Assembly: GCA_976551045.1 (NCBI GenBank)
Contig: CDPCPM010000052.1
Location: 4,030,001-4,094,000 of the forward strand
DNA: 64,000 nt
From: Glaucostegus cemiculus
Taxonomy: Eukaryota
Direction: 5' to 3'
The position numbers and the translations under genes were made by a program. Positions 12,811-25,153 of the stretch are shown in pieces (position 1 is the stretch's first letter; each line of letters starts with the position of its first letter). Under the pieces are notes generated by a model, which did not search any database, was not told the DNA's origin, and was given only the letters and a program-made list of their open reading frames with translations.

Positions 12811-15800
12811 GATAAATAACGCTTGTATTCTGTATTGCACATTAAATAACTTGCTTCTGCTGAAAACAAAGGTATAAATATGTCAGTTCTTCGCATTTAG
12901 ACTCCAAACAAGAAGTAGGATCAGATAAAGATGAGCACAGCCTTAGTGCACTAACAGCACTGTTGGTCCTGAAATATAAACAATTGATTTATAACACTAT
13001 ACTGTTGTTTCTGTACTTGAAGACTTATTTTTTTTAATTTTGTTATAGTAAGTACTTAAAAGGTTATAGAGTAATGGCATTCAAGGGGATATTAAGAAGA
13101 AATGGGTTAATATATCAAGGAGTCTAGTCAGGTTCTTGATTAGTCTACTGAGGGGTCACCCATGAAGGCAAAGTGATCTTGTCAGGGTACATCAGTTTAA
13201 AAGCACTGTTCTCATCTGAACCACTTTTTAGTACTGGGATATGTGATCTTATTTAAGATAATCTTGAGTAAGAATCTTTTTGTGTGTATTACAGGGAAAT
13301 CCAGTTGAGGTGATCAGTGTTGAAAGCTCCTGATGTATTCATATCACTGATCTGCAGATCTAAAGATGGCAATTGCAGTGTTCAGTAGGGCAGCTGGCAA
13401 ACCAGCAAGGTTGTTTGAACAGCTGAGCAGTGCTGAGAGCAAGCAATCCTGTCCTACTACTTTTGGAGCTCTGCACAAACTAATCAATACAGTTGACTTG
13501 GCCTAATGTCCGCAACTAATGTAATAGGCAGATTTAATATAAATGGATTTAGTCCTTTGGATCTAGAACATTGTACATTGTTAGGACACCTCAGAATCCA
13601 AAATATATGTTCCCAAGAGCTGTGGCTTGGCTTTGGATCTATGCACAAATGCAAGTGAGTGGGAAAAAGTTATTGTCTTTATTCATTAATTTGTTATCTA
13701 CAGATGAGCAAGCCATCTTCCAAATGAAGAAAAACTGTAACCAACACAGTGCAGCACCAAGCAATCCATTTGTACCTTCTGCACCAAGGCAAAAATGCAA
13801 CTTGCCTCTAATTGTATTCCAAGTGTATTCCTGAACTAATAACTCCATTGACATCACTTTAGGAAACAGGTCATTGAATTTCATGCTCTCGAAAAGCACA
13901 CATTTACTCCATGTCAGCCAAGCAGGTTTCAGCTTCCCTGTTGACAGAGCCTGTGCGGTATCAACTTGTTCAGTGTCGATTTTGCTGATTGATGGACAAC
14001 ATTGTTCCAATTACCTCAGAAGTTTTTGGTTCACAGCATTGGTAGCTGATGCCAATGAGTTCTGTAATTTTTGAAGTCCCCAAATGTGAATCGCAAAAGG
14101 TGAAGGCCATGTACATGAAGGGGAGGGAAGCATCACCTTGTGCTCCACAATTCAGCCATGTTTCAGTTTCATGGCTTCGATTCTTAAATTGCCTCTGAAT
14201 CAAGTGTTGTACAAATTATTTCCCATGCTTATTTTTTCCTTCCAGTTGCAATTTCTGAGACAAGTAGAGAACGTTAAATTTATTTTCGACCAGATTCTTG
14301 AAGGTCTGATTAAAGTGCCGCCCAACAACAACAACAAGGTGCTGCACATCATCCGCAGGTTACAGCGGGGTTCCGTTCCTGCAAACCGTTCATAACCCCA
14401 ACAGTCTGCTCGTCGGAAATGCGGCTGCGAACCACATTCCCAGGTGGCAGAAGATGCCTGCAGCACCACAGCAGCTGGCAAATTCATTCCGCTGGTCTCC
14501 CAAACACTCATTCCTATGTACAGACTGTGCATAAATCAGGCATTCATAAGCTGGGGAGGGACCTATACTTGTACCTGCTCCTTCAAGGTTCCTCAATTAT
14601 TTTTAAAACATAGTACAAACTTTGAATTGCCTTCATCTGAACAAAGAACGATTCCTTGCAAAACCCTAAAAATATATAACAGAGAATGCTTCTCTGCTGG
14701 AGAAATTAGCCTGCTTAGATTGGGAAAAGTTTCTGCAGTTTCCTTTGTGCTTTAACTGGGCTGTTTTCTGAACCACTCTGTACAGTAGGCTGAGAAATGT
14801 ATGCCCCTTCCCACCACCTCCCAACGTTTTTGCTGATGCAGTGTTAACACCAAGTAATCTGGGAGGGAAAATATCTCTATCCTGGGCATCTGTTAGATGT
14901 TAATTGCTTTGTATCTAGGTTAACAGATCAGATAGTAAGCAGTAAGAGTAAATGTAACAGATACTGCAGTTCATGCCATTGTGATTGGTCACATGACATT
15001 TTGGATAATTTAAAAGCTCATTACTAAATGAATGAAGTTCTCTACTGGCAGCTGAGGAGTGCCTTGAGACCTCCATTGGTTGCAACCAAGGAAGTTTGCA
15101 TTGTGTGTGTGCTTGACTTGGAAATGTAACATTGTACTTTTAGGGATATGTCTGATAAAGATCAGAGTTTCTGTCCTTTATTCCATTCTCCCAGTATTCA
15201 GAACTATCAGAGGTATTCTGGCCTAAGATGTAGGAGCTCTGTTTTCCTCGACTATAAGGAAAACCTGTGATTCTATTTCGGCAGTGTACTCTGTCTGGGA
15301 GGATGCACATCAGAGTATTAAGCCATTCCAAGTCATAAGGCTCTTTGGATTAAATAGTGGAGTTGGAGAATGGGAAACTCCAACCCCTGTGGTTTGTTGA
15401 ATGGTAAAGGGTCAAACATGAATGGAAGATGGTGGAAAAGTAATACAAACTAACCAGATCGACGTTTATGCAGATGGCTCAGTTTATGTGAACTCTGGAC
15501 ACCCGGAAGGTGCAGCACTCACCTTACTGGTGGTTTTACTTGGTGTGTAATTTTATACATCCTTAGATATCTGCAACACCTACTAAATCTTAATCAGAAA
15601 TTGAGGCAAAAAAATGGCATGGTTAGTAAACAAAAACTATGGTGTTAGATGAATCTTGGTGCTTGTGATGAGAGACTCGATTAATCTTTAAACATAATTT
15701 GAAGAACCCATAAAGTAGACTGAACCCCCTCTCTCGTGGACTAATTGCTATTGCAATGTCCTGTCTGATCACCCTCCTTCAAGAATGCTGCATCATTTCC

Positions 15801-15983
15801 ATTGAGTGGATACAGTAGGCACTGTCACTTTACGAATGTAAAGAATTCAACTGAAAAATGAGATTTTCTTGTGTTGAACAGGACACATCTTGTTTGGCTT
15901 TCAACAACAGGAACTTGCATTGAAATAGCATTTTCAAAAAAAAATCGCAACTTTTCATTACAAGGTAACAAAAAATAAAACTT

Positions 15984-16646
15984 GTCCTCTACTTCCTGCG
16001 GAGACTGAGGAAAGCGTACCCACACCCCTCAGTCATGAAATCCTTCTACAGGGGGACCATTGAGAGCATCCTAACTCAATGTATCTCTGTTTGGTTTGGA
16101 AGCTGCTCAGCTGCTGGGCGGAAGTCCCTCCAGAAGATAGTCAAGGCTGCGGAGTGGATCATAGGTGTCTCGCTTCCATCCCTCGCAGACATATACAAAG
16201 ACCGTTGTGTGAGGAAGACCAAAAGCATAATGGCCGACCCCTCTCACCCCTCCCACCACCTCTTCACAATTTTGCCATCAGGGAGGAGGCTTAAATGTAT
16301 CAGGGCAAGAACGTCCAGGCTGAACAATAGCTTCTTTCCGCAAGCCATAAGAACTGCAAACTCTCTCATCCCTCCATCTTCCTTTGTTAACACTAGGAGA
16401 TGCTAGGTGCACAGAAATGCACCAGCACTTTAAATGCCCAACACCAGCCCGTTCACTTTAAGATCTATTTATGTAAGAACTAATGAGTAATGTTTTGTAC
16501 TGTGTATTCTGCCAAGTGTGTATGTGTCTCTCTGTTGGTTGTTATGTTATTTTTTTATGAGACGTGTTCCTGTGGAGGACGGTATCTCGCTCCTATGCGT
16601 ACCATGTATGTATATGGTTGTGACAATAAAACTGATTCTGATTCTA
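15984..16646 (+). mobile_element. 5'-truncated Rex1/Babar LINE (ORF C-terminus + 3' UTR)
   Basis: Uninterrupted frame LYFLRRLRK...FYRGTIESILT.CISVWFG...DPSHPSHHLFTILPSGRR...TSRLNNSFFPQAIR (stop at 16406); ends in gtgacaataaa plus a (ctgatt)n microrepeat. Confidence 0.93.
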
Positions 16647-17887
16647 TATGCTGCATATTTGCCAACCAGTTCAATTTTGGCCTAATTAGAAATAATTTAG
16701 TGCTGGATAAAATGTTTTCCTTTTTTGCTCGATATTGCCATAGTATGAATATCTTTCAGTAGGTGAATAGAAGCTCCATGTGAAAGGAAATTCGGGTGCC
16801 ATCGTGAGGTCCCATAGGGCTTCACCCTGACACATAGCCTAGTGATTTTACAAGGTATTTCCAATAATACAGTGAAAACCTTTAGAGCTATGAAGTCAGT
16901 TTTATATTGAAAAATTTGTACAGATAAATGAAGAAAAGCAGGTAGATTCATGAAAGGTGCCTTATTTCATTTCATACTGGCAAATAAAAGGGAATCCTTT
17001 TGATGTCATTAACCAGTTATCTCTTATTTTGTATATATACATTTTACAATTTGGCATGAAGAACAATTTTTGTAATACTGTTTGCTAAAACTGTTGATTG
17101 AACCTTGAGCTCCCTGGGAGACAAGCTGGCAATCTTCCACTAATAACAATTGCAGAAAAATGTGACTCTAGTAAATCCCCAGTGTGTATTTGAGTGGATG
17201 GCTGATGGTTGCATGCACTACCCTTGATTACCAAACCATCACTGAGAGATTCTGTATGATAAATGCAGCATGAATTCAAGTTCTGTAAGAGACTCTAATA
17301 CTACGCATTCTTGAGGAATCAATAGTGTTATGGTGCACCTGTATTTACAAACATTAATCTTGCATGAGGGCTGTTGACCCTGACTCAGTTGCAGTTGACA
17401 CATCACATTTCTGTCTTGATTGCCCCACCCCACTTCAGTTCTGCAGAAAATACACTGGGAAGATTCAGTACTCTTTTATGGTCCTAGACCATCAAGGTTA
17501 CATTTTGAGTGCTATAACAATATTGGGCATGATTCCTTCAAAGTTAGAAATGTACTAATTAGAGTTTTGTTGGTATTACAGAATAAAAGCTTCCTTTTAA
17601 AGTTCATTAACAAGATACCATGTTTGTACTTTACTACATGCAGTTCTGCTTCAAAGAACTGTAGAATCTCAGAAGCTAGCAATTTGGCACCAGCTCTCTG
17701 CCAGAGCAACTCCTTGGCTCTGTAGTCTTGCAAATTATTCTCCACCATTTGTTTATCCAATTGCCTCTTGAACACCAGAAAGGAATCTGCCTTCACTACA
17801 TCTGCAGGCAGTGCATTCCAGATTCCAACAAGACAATGCATTTAAAAAATAATTCCCCTCATTTCATTCTTAATTCCATTCCCTTTT

Positions 17888-18915
17888 ATAGAGTTAGAGT
17901 TGTACAGCAGAGGAACAGGCCCTTTGGCCCACCACATCTATGCCAACCATCATGCCTATCTGTACTAATCCCATTTCCTTGCATTAATTCATACCGCTTT
18001 CATTCAAGTACCTGAACAGATGCCTCCTAAATGTTGTTACTGTTCTGCCTCCTCCACCTCCTCTGGTAGTTCATTCTAGATATCAACTGCTCTGTGAAAA
18101 ATTTACCCCTTGGATTCCCTTTAAACTTCCTCTGACCTTAAACCTATGCCCTCTAGTTTTAGACACCCCTACCTTGGGAAACACTCTGGCTATCTACACT
18201 ATCTGTGTCTCTCATAATTTTGTATGCCTGTCAGGTCACCTCTCAGCCTCCTTCAGGGGAAAAATGTTCCAGCTTCTCCAATCTCTCCTGATAACTCGGG
18301 TTATCCAAACCAACCAGCTTCCTTCGGGCAGGCACGGTAGTGTTGAGGTTAGTGTAACTCTTTACAGCGCTAGCAACCCGGGTTCAATTCCCGCTGCGGT
18401 CTGTAAGGGGTTTGTATGTTCTCCCCATGTCTGCGTGGGTTTCCTCCGGGTGCTCTGGTTTCCTCCCACATTCCAAAGATGTTCAGTTTAGGGAGTTGTG
18501 GGCATGCTATGTTGGCGCTGGAAGCGTGGCAACACTTGCTGGCTGCCTCCAGAACACTCTATGCAAAAAGATGCATTAAACTGTGTTTCAATGTGCACGT
18601 GACTAATAAAGATACTTTATCGTATGAATCTTTTCTGTGCCGATTACTCACATCCTTCCTGCAGTAAGGCAACCAGACCTGTACACAGTAGTCCAAGTGC
18701 AGATTCACCAATGTTTTATGCAACTTTAACATGATGTCCTGACTCTTGTATTCAGTGCCTTGTGCCTTCATCAACACTGTGTCTACCTGTGATGCCACTT
18801 TCAGGGAACTATGTACCTGTACCCCAGGTTTCTCTATTCAACAACACAGCTCAGATCCCTGCCATTATCTGTTCTGCCTTGGTTTAAATCCACAAAATGC
18901 ATCACTTCACACTAT
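17888..18915 (-). mobile_element. Younger CR1/HER1 fragment nested in the older CR1
   Basis: Has its own 3' tail (atagagttagagttgtacagc...aacaggccctttggccc) and minus ORF VASQVD...EYKSQDIMLKLHKTLV..HLDYCVQVWLP. Confidence 0.85.
18326..18625 (+). mobile_element. tRNA-derived V-domain SINE, 'gtgactaataaa'-tailed subfamily
   Basis: A-box region ggtagtgttgaggtta, B box ggttcaattcc, V core tgggtttcctccgggtgctctggtttcctcccacattccaaagat; tail shared with the copies at 54639 and 58432. Confidence 0.93.
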
Positions 18916-19439
18916 TAACCATGACCTCCAGTCCTCGAACCCTTCACTCAAAGGATGGTCTCCCACTATCCACTCTATCCAGTCTCCTCCTATGTTTCCA
19001 TCAAATTTCTCTTAGGTCTTTAGGGAAAACAGTATAAGCCGATGGTTTCTGGAATAGAATACATTCTTGTAAATCTCTTCAAGGCCCCCTCTGTTGCTTT
19101 CAGATCCTTCCGATACCCACTGATCAGGAATGAACACTATGCTCCATTTGAGGCAGGGCCGTGTTTTAAAAGTTTCATCTACTTCCCAACTGTATGCTGA
19201 ATGCCTCAATTGATAAGGCCCAGGATTGGTATGTCTTATTAGTAGCGTTCTCAACCTTTCAATGATGTGTGGGCACATGCCCCCAGGACCCTCTGCTACT
19301 GCATCCATTTTTGACCAGTATCATTTATACAGCCTCTCCTCATTCTTCCCACCAAAATGCACCACTTTACATTTTCTTGCATTAAACCACATCTTCCATG
19401 TGCCTGTCCATTCCAAAAGCTGCTACCTCTCCCCAATGT

Positions 19440-19525
19440 GTCTGCGTTATGTGTCCCCAATGGTTCCTCCAGGTGCTCCGGTTTCTTCCCACATTCCAAA
19501 GACAGGTTAGGAACTGTGGGTGTGC
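19440..19525 (+). mobile_element. SINE V-domain fragment inside the old CR1
   Basis: ttcctccaggtgctccggtttcttcccacattccaaagacaggttaggaactgtggg...gctatg. Confidence 0.8.
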
Positions 19526-20534
19526 TATGGTGGTGACACTTGAGATATATATCTTGTTCTTTGCAGTTCACAATGCTGCAAGTTCTGTCATTGGCAAATT
19601 TAGAAATTGTGCTTAAGACCCCAAAATTGGGTCTTGAGATTTAAAAAAAAGCAGTAGTCCCAACTGTTTGCTGGGAAATGCCCCTATACACTTACCTGCA
19701 GTCTGAGAAACAACCACTCACCATGACACTTTGCTATTTAGCCAACCTTGTATCCATGGTATCAGTGTCTGTTATGCCATGCATTCCAACTTTGCCGTTT
19801 AAGACTGTTTGTGGCACCGTATTAAAAGCCTGGAAGTCCATTGCACCAGTTTGACTGAATTGCCCAAGGTCCTTGTTTAAGTTAAACTGACTAGTCTGTA
19901 GTTGTTGGGCTTATCCTTTCTCAATTTTTTTTTGAACAAGGGAGTAACATTAGCTACCTGTTGGCCAAGGAGCATAGAAAGATTATGGTTAGTGCCCCTC
20001 TCTTGAAATCCTGGGATGCATCCCATCCAGTCTGGGTGACTTAACCACTTTAAGTTCAGCAAACTTTTCTAATATCAGAGGTATCAAATTTTAACATGAC
20101 TTGGGTCTCCAGTATATCCTCTGATTGCTTTGGAAGCAGCCTCTTCCCTGGTGGAGACGGATACAAAGTACTTATTTAGTACCTTAGCACTGCTCTCAGC
20201 ATCCATGAGCAAGTTTCCATTTTTGTCCTTAATTGGTTCCACTCCTCTGTGTATCACCCTTATAGGCATATGAATGGTATACTATACTTCGATTCCCATT
20301 TATGTTGGCAGCTAATCTTTTCTTATACCCTCTCTGCTTCCTATTTTAATTTTAGCTTCCCCTCTGATTCTTTCATAATTGGTCTGGTTCTCACTGGTAT
20401 TTGCAACCCATTATTACATTGTTATGATGGTCAATAAATTCTGTTTTCACGTAGTTTCTGTGCTAGGAATATGCATTCCAAATTGAGAAACTATTGTGAA
20501 ATTATTTTAAAAATCAGCATACATTTGTGTCGAG

Positions 20535-20815
20535 TCTCTGGATGTCCCCAAAGCACTTGTCAATTAGGTAATTTTAGAAGTGTAATTGGTGTTCTGATAT
20601 TGGAAACAGAGCAGCCAGTTTTTGTACAGAAAGATCCCACAATCAGAAACCTGATGATAAGATAATAAATTCTTTTGCTTAATGCTGCCTGACAGAATTA
20701 TTAGTCGAAACGTGAAATAGTGCTGCAGGATCTTTCATGTCCAAGGTTTAACATACCCACAAGAGGATATCCCTGATTTTGAGGCAAGAGTTCTACCCCC
20801 TGCACTACAGTGGAT
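20535..20815 (-). mobile_element. Decayed Deu-domain SINE (SacSINE1-like)
   Basis: ggatgtccccaaagcact...gaagtgtaatt...ggaaacagagcagccagtttttgtacagaaagatcccaca...aaatagtgctgcaggatcttt is the reverse complement of the DeuSINE body and tail. Confidence 0.65.
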
Positions 20816-21859
20816 GTGTATAGATCTCTTAAGATTTAGCTTGTGTAGAATTTATTGTTCTCCAGTTAACTTATTGAGTACTATGTACTTGTTCCACTGT
20901 AGCATCTTGCTTTATGGAGGGTTTAATGTATTGGTTTTAAACCTTTGGAAACATTTATGCAGGTGATATGTGATTGTTGTACCAGAAAGCTGTATACCAA
21001 GTTCAACATGGCTTTAGTTACTGTTATGGATTTTTTTTATACTTGAGGGCGATTCTTCCCGTGATGTACGGTACAGGTGTTAACATTTACATTCTTTGCC
21101 TGCTATAATGTAGCATATGCTTGATTTCATTTCAGAGTGAAAAATAGATGAAATGCCAGGGATTCAAATAATGTATAATTCACAGCAAGTGACAGCAGGC
21201 TTTTAATACTTGCTCCAGCCGACAGCCTAGCGCCAGGAAATGTCACACTTGGAGTGAAAGCAACTTGCTTCCTGTTATGTAGGCTTTCTTGATGACTAAG
21301 TGATCGATTACCTATGACTTTTTTTCATTTGGGAAAACCTTATGCAAAAGTGTGTTTCTTTTTAAGCAGTTTCATTTGTTGAGCACAATGGAGACTGTTA
21401 ATATTCAAGTGTATCAAGTGCGTACTTGAAATATCTTTTACACCACCTGACTGCACAAAGTGCTTGTCAAATTGAAAGAGCCAGCAGTAATTTACTGAGG
21501 TGGTGCCCAAGTTAAAATGCAAAATGAGCATTATATATTTTCTTTATCAGATACCTAAACCAAGGTTCCTTTCTATCAGTCTTGGTGGTGGTGTGGCTCT
21601 TGGGATTTTCCTATAGTAGGTCCTTGTAGATGCACCAGTCCATAAGACAGGTGAAGTTGAATGTTGACCAGAAAATTGAATTCTTATTTTCTGTTTTATT
21701 TATTCAACGTGCAGAGTCTAGTGTGCCAGACAAGTCCCAGCACCGTACCATTAACAGCATATTACACAGGCCTAGGAGCTTAAAGTGCCAGTAACTGTGC
21801 TCATTAACCATGTTGACTCATCCTAAGACATACACAACCTTTGTTCCACACATCCCTCC

Positions 21860-21975
21860 CGCACCTTCCCTCCTCCTGCTTGCATCTCTCTCTCTTTTCC
21901 AGTTCTGGTGAAGAGCTGCAGCCGCAGCTTGCCTTGCCAGTTCTTCCAGCATTATTTGTTTCAGTTTCAGACTTC
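21860..21975 (+). mobile_element. Penelope-derived arm remnant
   Basis: ctctcttttccagttctggtgaag...ttcttccagcattatttgtttcagtttcagactt. Confidence 0.5.
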
Positions 21976-22129
21976 ACCACTACTACGGTAAATGAAGCCT
22001 TCTAGAAAATGAAGGAAAAGTAATGATAGTTGGCGTAGATGAATAATGGGATGATAAAGAAAATTTAAATCAAAGAAGCTAAGTATGATCTCTTGGTCCA
22101 GTGGTATCACCACACTCCTCCTTGTACAT

Positions 22130-22275
22130 CCCTGTTGCTCATACTCCAGTTTATTCACTCCACCCATAGCAGCTTGCACCTTTATGCCTCTGAACTCCAT
22201 AATTCATTCTGTAATCCCTTTGCATTTCGTTTGTCCTGTGAGAAGCTTCCAAAACTCTCCTGTTTGGTCATCTAC
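22130..22275 (+). mobile_element. Old L2-type LINE 3'-end remnant
   Basis: Degenerate match to a recalled shark L2 tail (...ctctgaactccataattcattct...cttccaaaactctcctgtttggtca). Confidence 0.35.
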
Positions 22276-24109
22276 ACGAAAATCCCACCATCACCGAATG
22301 GCAGAATTTCCCACAGATGCTCTGACCTGAACTGTAGCACCAGAAAGCCAAGGTGCCATCCTGGGATCATTTTCAACCACCGAAACAAACCTGTGGCTTG
22401 GTATTCCATTGCATTTGCTCCTCTGGAAGGGCTTCAGGTTTTGTTCGATTAGCGATGCTCCATATATACAGGTTACTTTTGCTAGGTTTAAATCCAATCC
22501 AGGATGTGGAAAATCTAAGGGAATGGGGAAACTTGCAAGGAATTGGGGCGTCCTTCATCAATTCCAAGGATTCACAGCAGAAACTGACCTCCAGTTAGCA
22601 TTAGTTACATTTCTTGCTCTGACCTCAAGGATGTGAAAAATGAAGAACATATATACAGAGGTGCCAGAGAGGTTTGTCTGCATGAGATCAGATTGAAGCC
22701 ACAGTGCTACATTACCTTGTACAACTGACTGATTTAGCTGACCTGCAAATGGTTGATGTTGACACGAAAGAAACTCTATTCTTCAACCTTCACTTTCAGA
22801 ATAAAATAAGGAAAGGTTTTCATTTTGGTAAAAACAAAAGAGAATTTGCCATTCCAATAGTGCAGAGATGCTGGGCTACAAATTCATCCTTCAAAGCGTG
22901 CTTTGACCATGCACTCCATTCGTGCCTGCATTTTGTGCTCTCTTAAAATTCAGTTCCATTGAACTGCTTGGGAACTAAATTTTGCAATTTGTGTACAATG
23001 CATAGCTGTTAGAGTGGTGTGCATTCAGTATATGTTAAAGAACAAATTTTTGTTACTGGACTTTAATCAGCAGGAAAGTTTTGGGTTTCATCACTGATCA
23101 GCTTCTCATTTCTGAGCCTTTTCATGGCTTCAGACTTCACGCAGCCCGTGAAGAGTAGTCACTTTTGTAAAGTGGAAAGGGTACTACAGCACTCACAACA
23201 TACCTAGGTTAAATGAAGAAAGTCTGCCAGACCTGCTTGAAACTCCTGCTGGAAATGAATATCAAGAAGAGAGTATCAATTTTTAGCAAAGATGTTTCCA
23301 CAGGGAAACAGCTTTCCAGCACTTGCAATCAGACTTGAATGTGAAGATTGTCCATCTGGGCAAGGTTATTTAAATTGGAATGTGCCCATGGAAGTGCACC
23401 AAAGCAGATAGTGCTTTAAGAGAGTGCAGAAATAAGCTATTTGAGAATTTAAAACAAGCAGCATTATGCAAAGAACAAAAACTTTAGCTCTATATCTGGC
23501 AAAAAGAAAGGAATGAAGCATTAAAACAAAAAGTCAGCAATAACTAAAAGGTTCCAAAGCAAAGTGGTAGTAATTGGAAAGCATTATCCTTCACAGAGAA
23601 GAGATTTATTTTGTTGGAAACATTTTACAAATGAGCTCAGGCTGCTATGAAGTAATTTAAGGTTCGTATTTGATCACTGGAGCTACATGCAGAGTGCATT
23701 GGCCACTGGTTGTAAACATCCCACAACATTTGGTTTCATTGACTTCATTGGAACCTAATCAGAAGCCAAGTGCAAAATGCAGCCAGTACTCCAGTGCATG
23801 TTTAACACAGGACAACAGTGAACTTCCCTCACTGACCCTTGCTTTGGGCTGCTGGAATTTCTTTCGATTCTTCTGATTACAGTGTTACTGGTGTTCATTT
23901 CTGCTTGACACTATTTCCATGTCATTCAGTTATGCCCTGATTCTTCATAGATTTCTTAATCATTTTGATCAATATATTGTGTGTTGTATGGAAAACCAAA
24001 TTACTAGATTTTACCTCTGCAAATTTGGCCTCCATACCTGAGTAGAGATATACTCAAGCTGAATTTGGTAAAGCATTGTTTTTGTATATATATTTAAAAA
24101 GAAGAATTC

Positions 24110-24270
24110 CAAGATGAAGGGATTATCCTTTCACAAACAATAGAGGAGGCTGGGTCTCTCCTCAGAAGAATGAGGTGTGCGCTCATTGGGATGTATGAGT
24201 TAGAGACGGATCCAAGGAGTATGTGATGAGAAGCTGTTTCTTCTTGCTTGGAGATATGTTCTCAGAATAT
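24110..24270 (+). mobile_element. Old CR1 fragment
   Basis: ccaagatgaagggattatcc...gaggaggctgggtctc...agaagaatgaggtg...gagaagctgtttc; the CR1 ORF2 C-terminal region. Confidence 0.55.
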
Positions 24271-24389
24271 GGGATTTGTCCAATGGCTTACTCCTGCTAT
24301 TAATGTTTGTCAGAAGAACTATGCAAGATCTTCCATAAAAACTTCTTAATATAGTTTTGTTTTGTATGTTAAAAGGATTTGCTTGCCCC

Positions 24390-24850
24390 CAAAACAAAAA
24401 AAAATTGCAGATGCCTAAAAGCTGAAAGCAAAACAAGAAAATGCCAGAAGGCCTCAGCAACTTAGCATTGGTGAGGGAGCAGATTGTTCACCACCTGCTG
24501 AGATGCAAAACTGGAATTTTGCACGTCAACTGTCAGTTGTCAAAACTGCTGGGTTTTGAAATCAAAGAAAATGAAAACTGGGCACCTTCTGAAATGGGCA
24601 GCAGATCTGTAAAGCCCATTTTAGACCTGAGCAGGAGGTTGTAAATCTGCCCCTATATTTAGAGTGTGGTACCTCAGTCAGAATTGGAAATACTGAGAAT
24701 TCACTGGCCACCTGAAAAAAAGTAAAGTTTAACAGGTGACCAGGGAACCAACAGAATCTGTGTCTTGGAGATTTTAAGCCTACAGGAACTCAAGTCTAAT
24801 GTCTTCTGATAAGAGTCTAAATCTGAAATGTTAGTTTATTTTCTCAAGTA
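24390..24850. mobile_element. Decayed Penelope-derived arms with an intervening MITE-like piece (~24505-24655)
   Basis: tgcagatgcc...aaaatgccagaaggcctcagc arm; degenerate core ttctgataagagtctaaatctgaaatgtta near 24805-24835. Confidence 0.4.
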
Positions 24851-25012
24851 TACAATTAATGAAAGCTTGTCCATGTATTTTACCAAACCAATATTTCCTT
24901 TTTATGTAATTCTCATTGCTTATAGTTTTAAATATTGAGTTTTAATTTTAAGCAAATCGGCCGTTTTTGTTTTGCAAATGGATTGTCTTACACTTCTGAC
25001 TTCAATCTGTAG

Positions 25013-25153
25013 GTTCAAGAGGAGAAGAGAGTTCAGAGGATGAGCCGCCTCTGGATATAACAACTGTGCAGGACATTCTAAGCAGTCAACGCTACAAATC
25101 TTACAAAGTCAGCGTCGTTCACAAGCTTCGATTCACCACTGATGTTCAATTAG
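25013..25153 (+). CDS. MAPKAP1: MAPKAP1/SIN1 internal coding exon (141 nt, phase 1-1), linker and start of the PH domain
   Basis: Acceptor ttcaatctgtag|GT, donor TTAG|gtaatt. Translates (S)[46 protein letters not shown](G), matching human ...[31 protein letters not shown]. Confidence 0.97.

Larger units (their letters stand above)
17715..20400 (-). mobile_element. Old CR1 LINE, heavily decayed and interrupted by younger insertions
   Basis: Minus ORF pieces VGIWNALPADVVKADS..FKRQLDK (near 17750-17840), ENVKWCILVG, VANVTPLFKK..KDKPNNYRLVSLT, KDKNGNLL..AKVLNKYFVSV. Confidence 0.85.
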
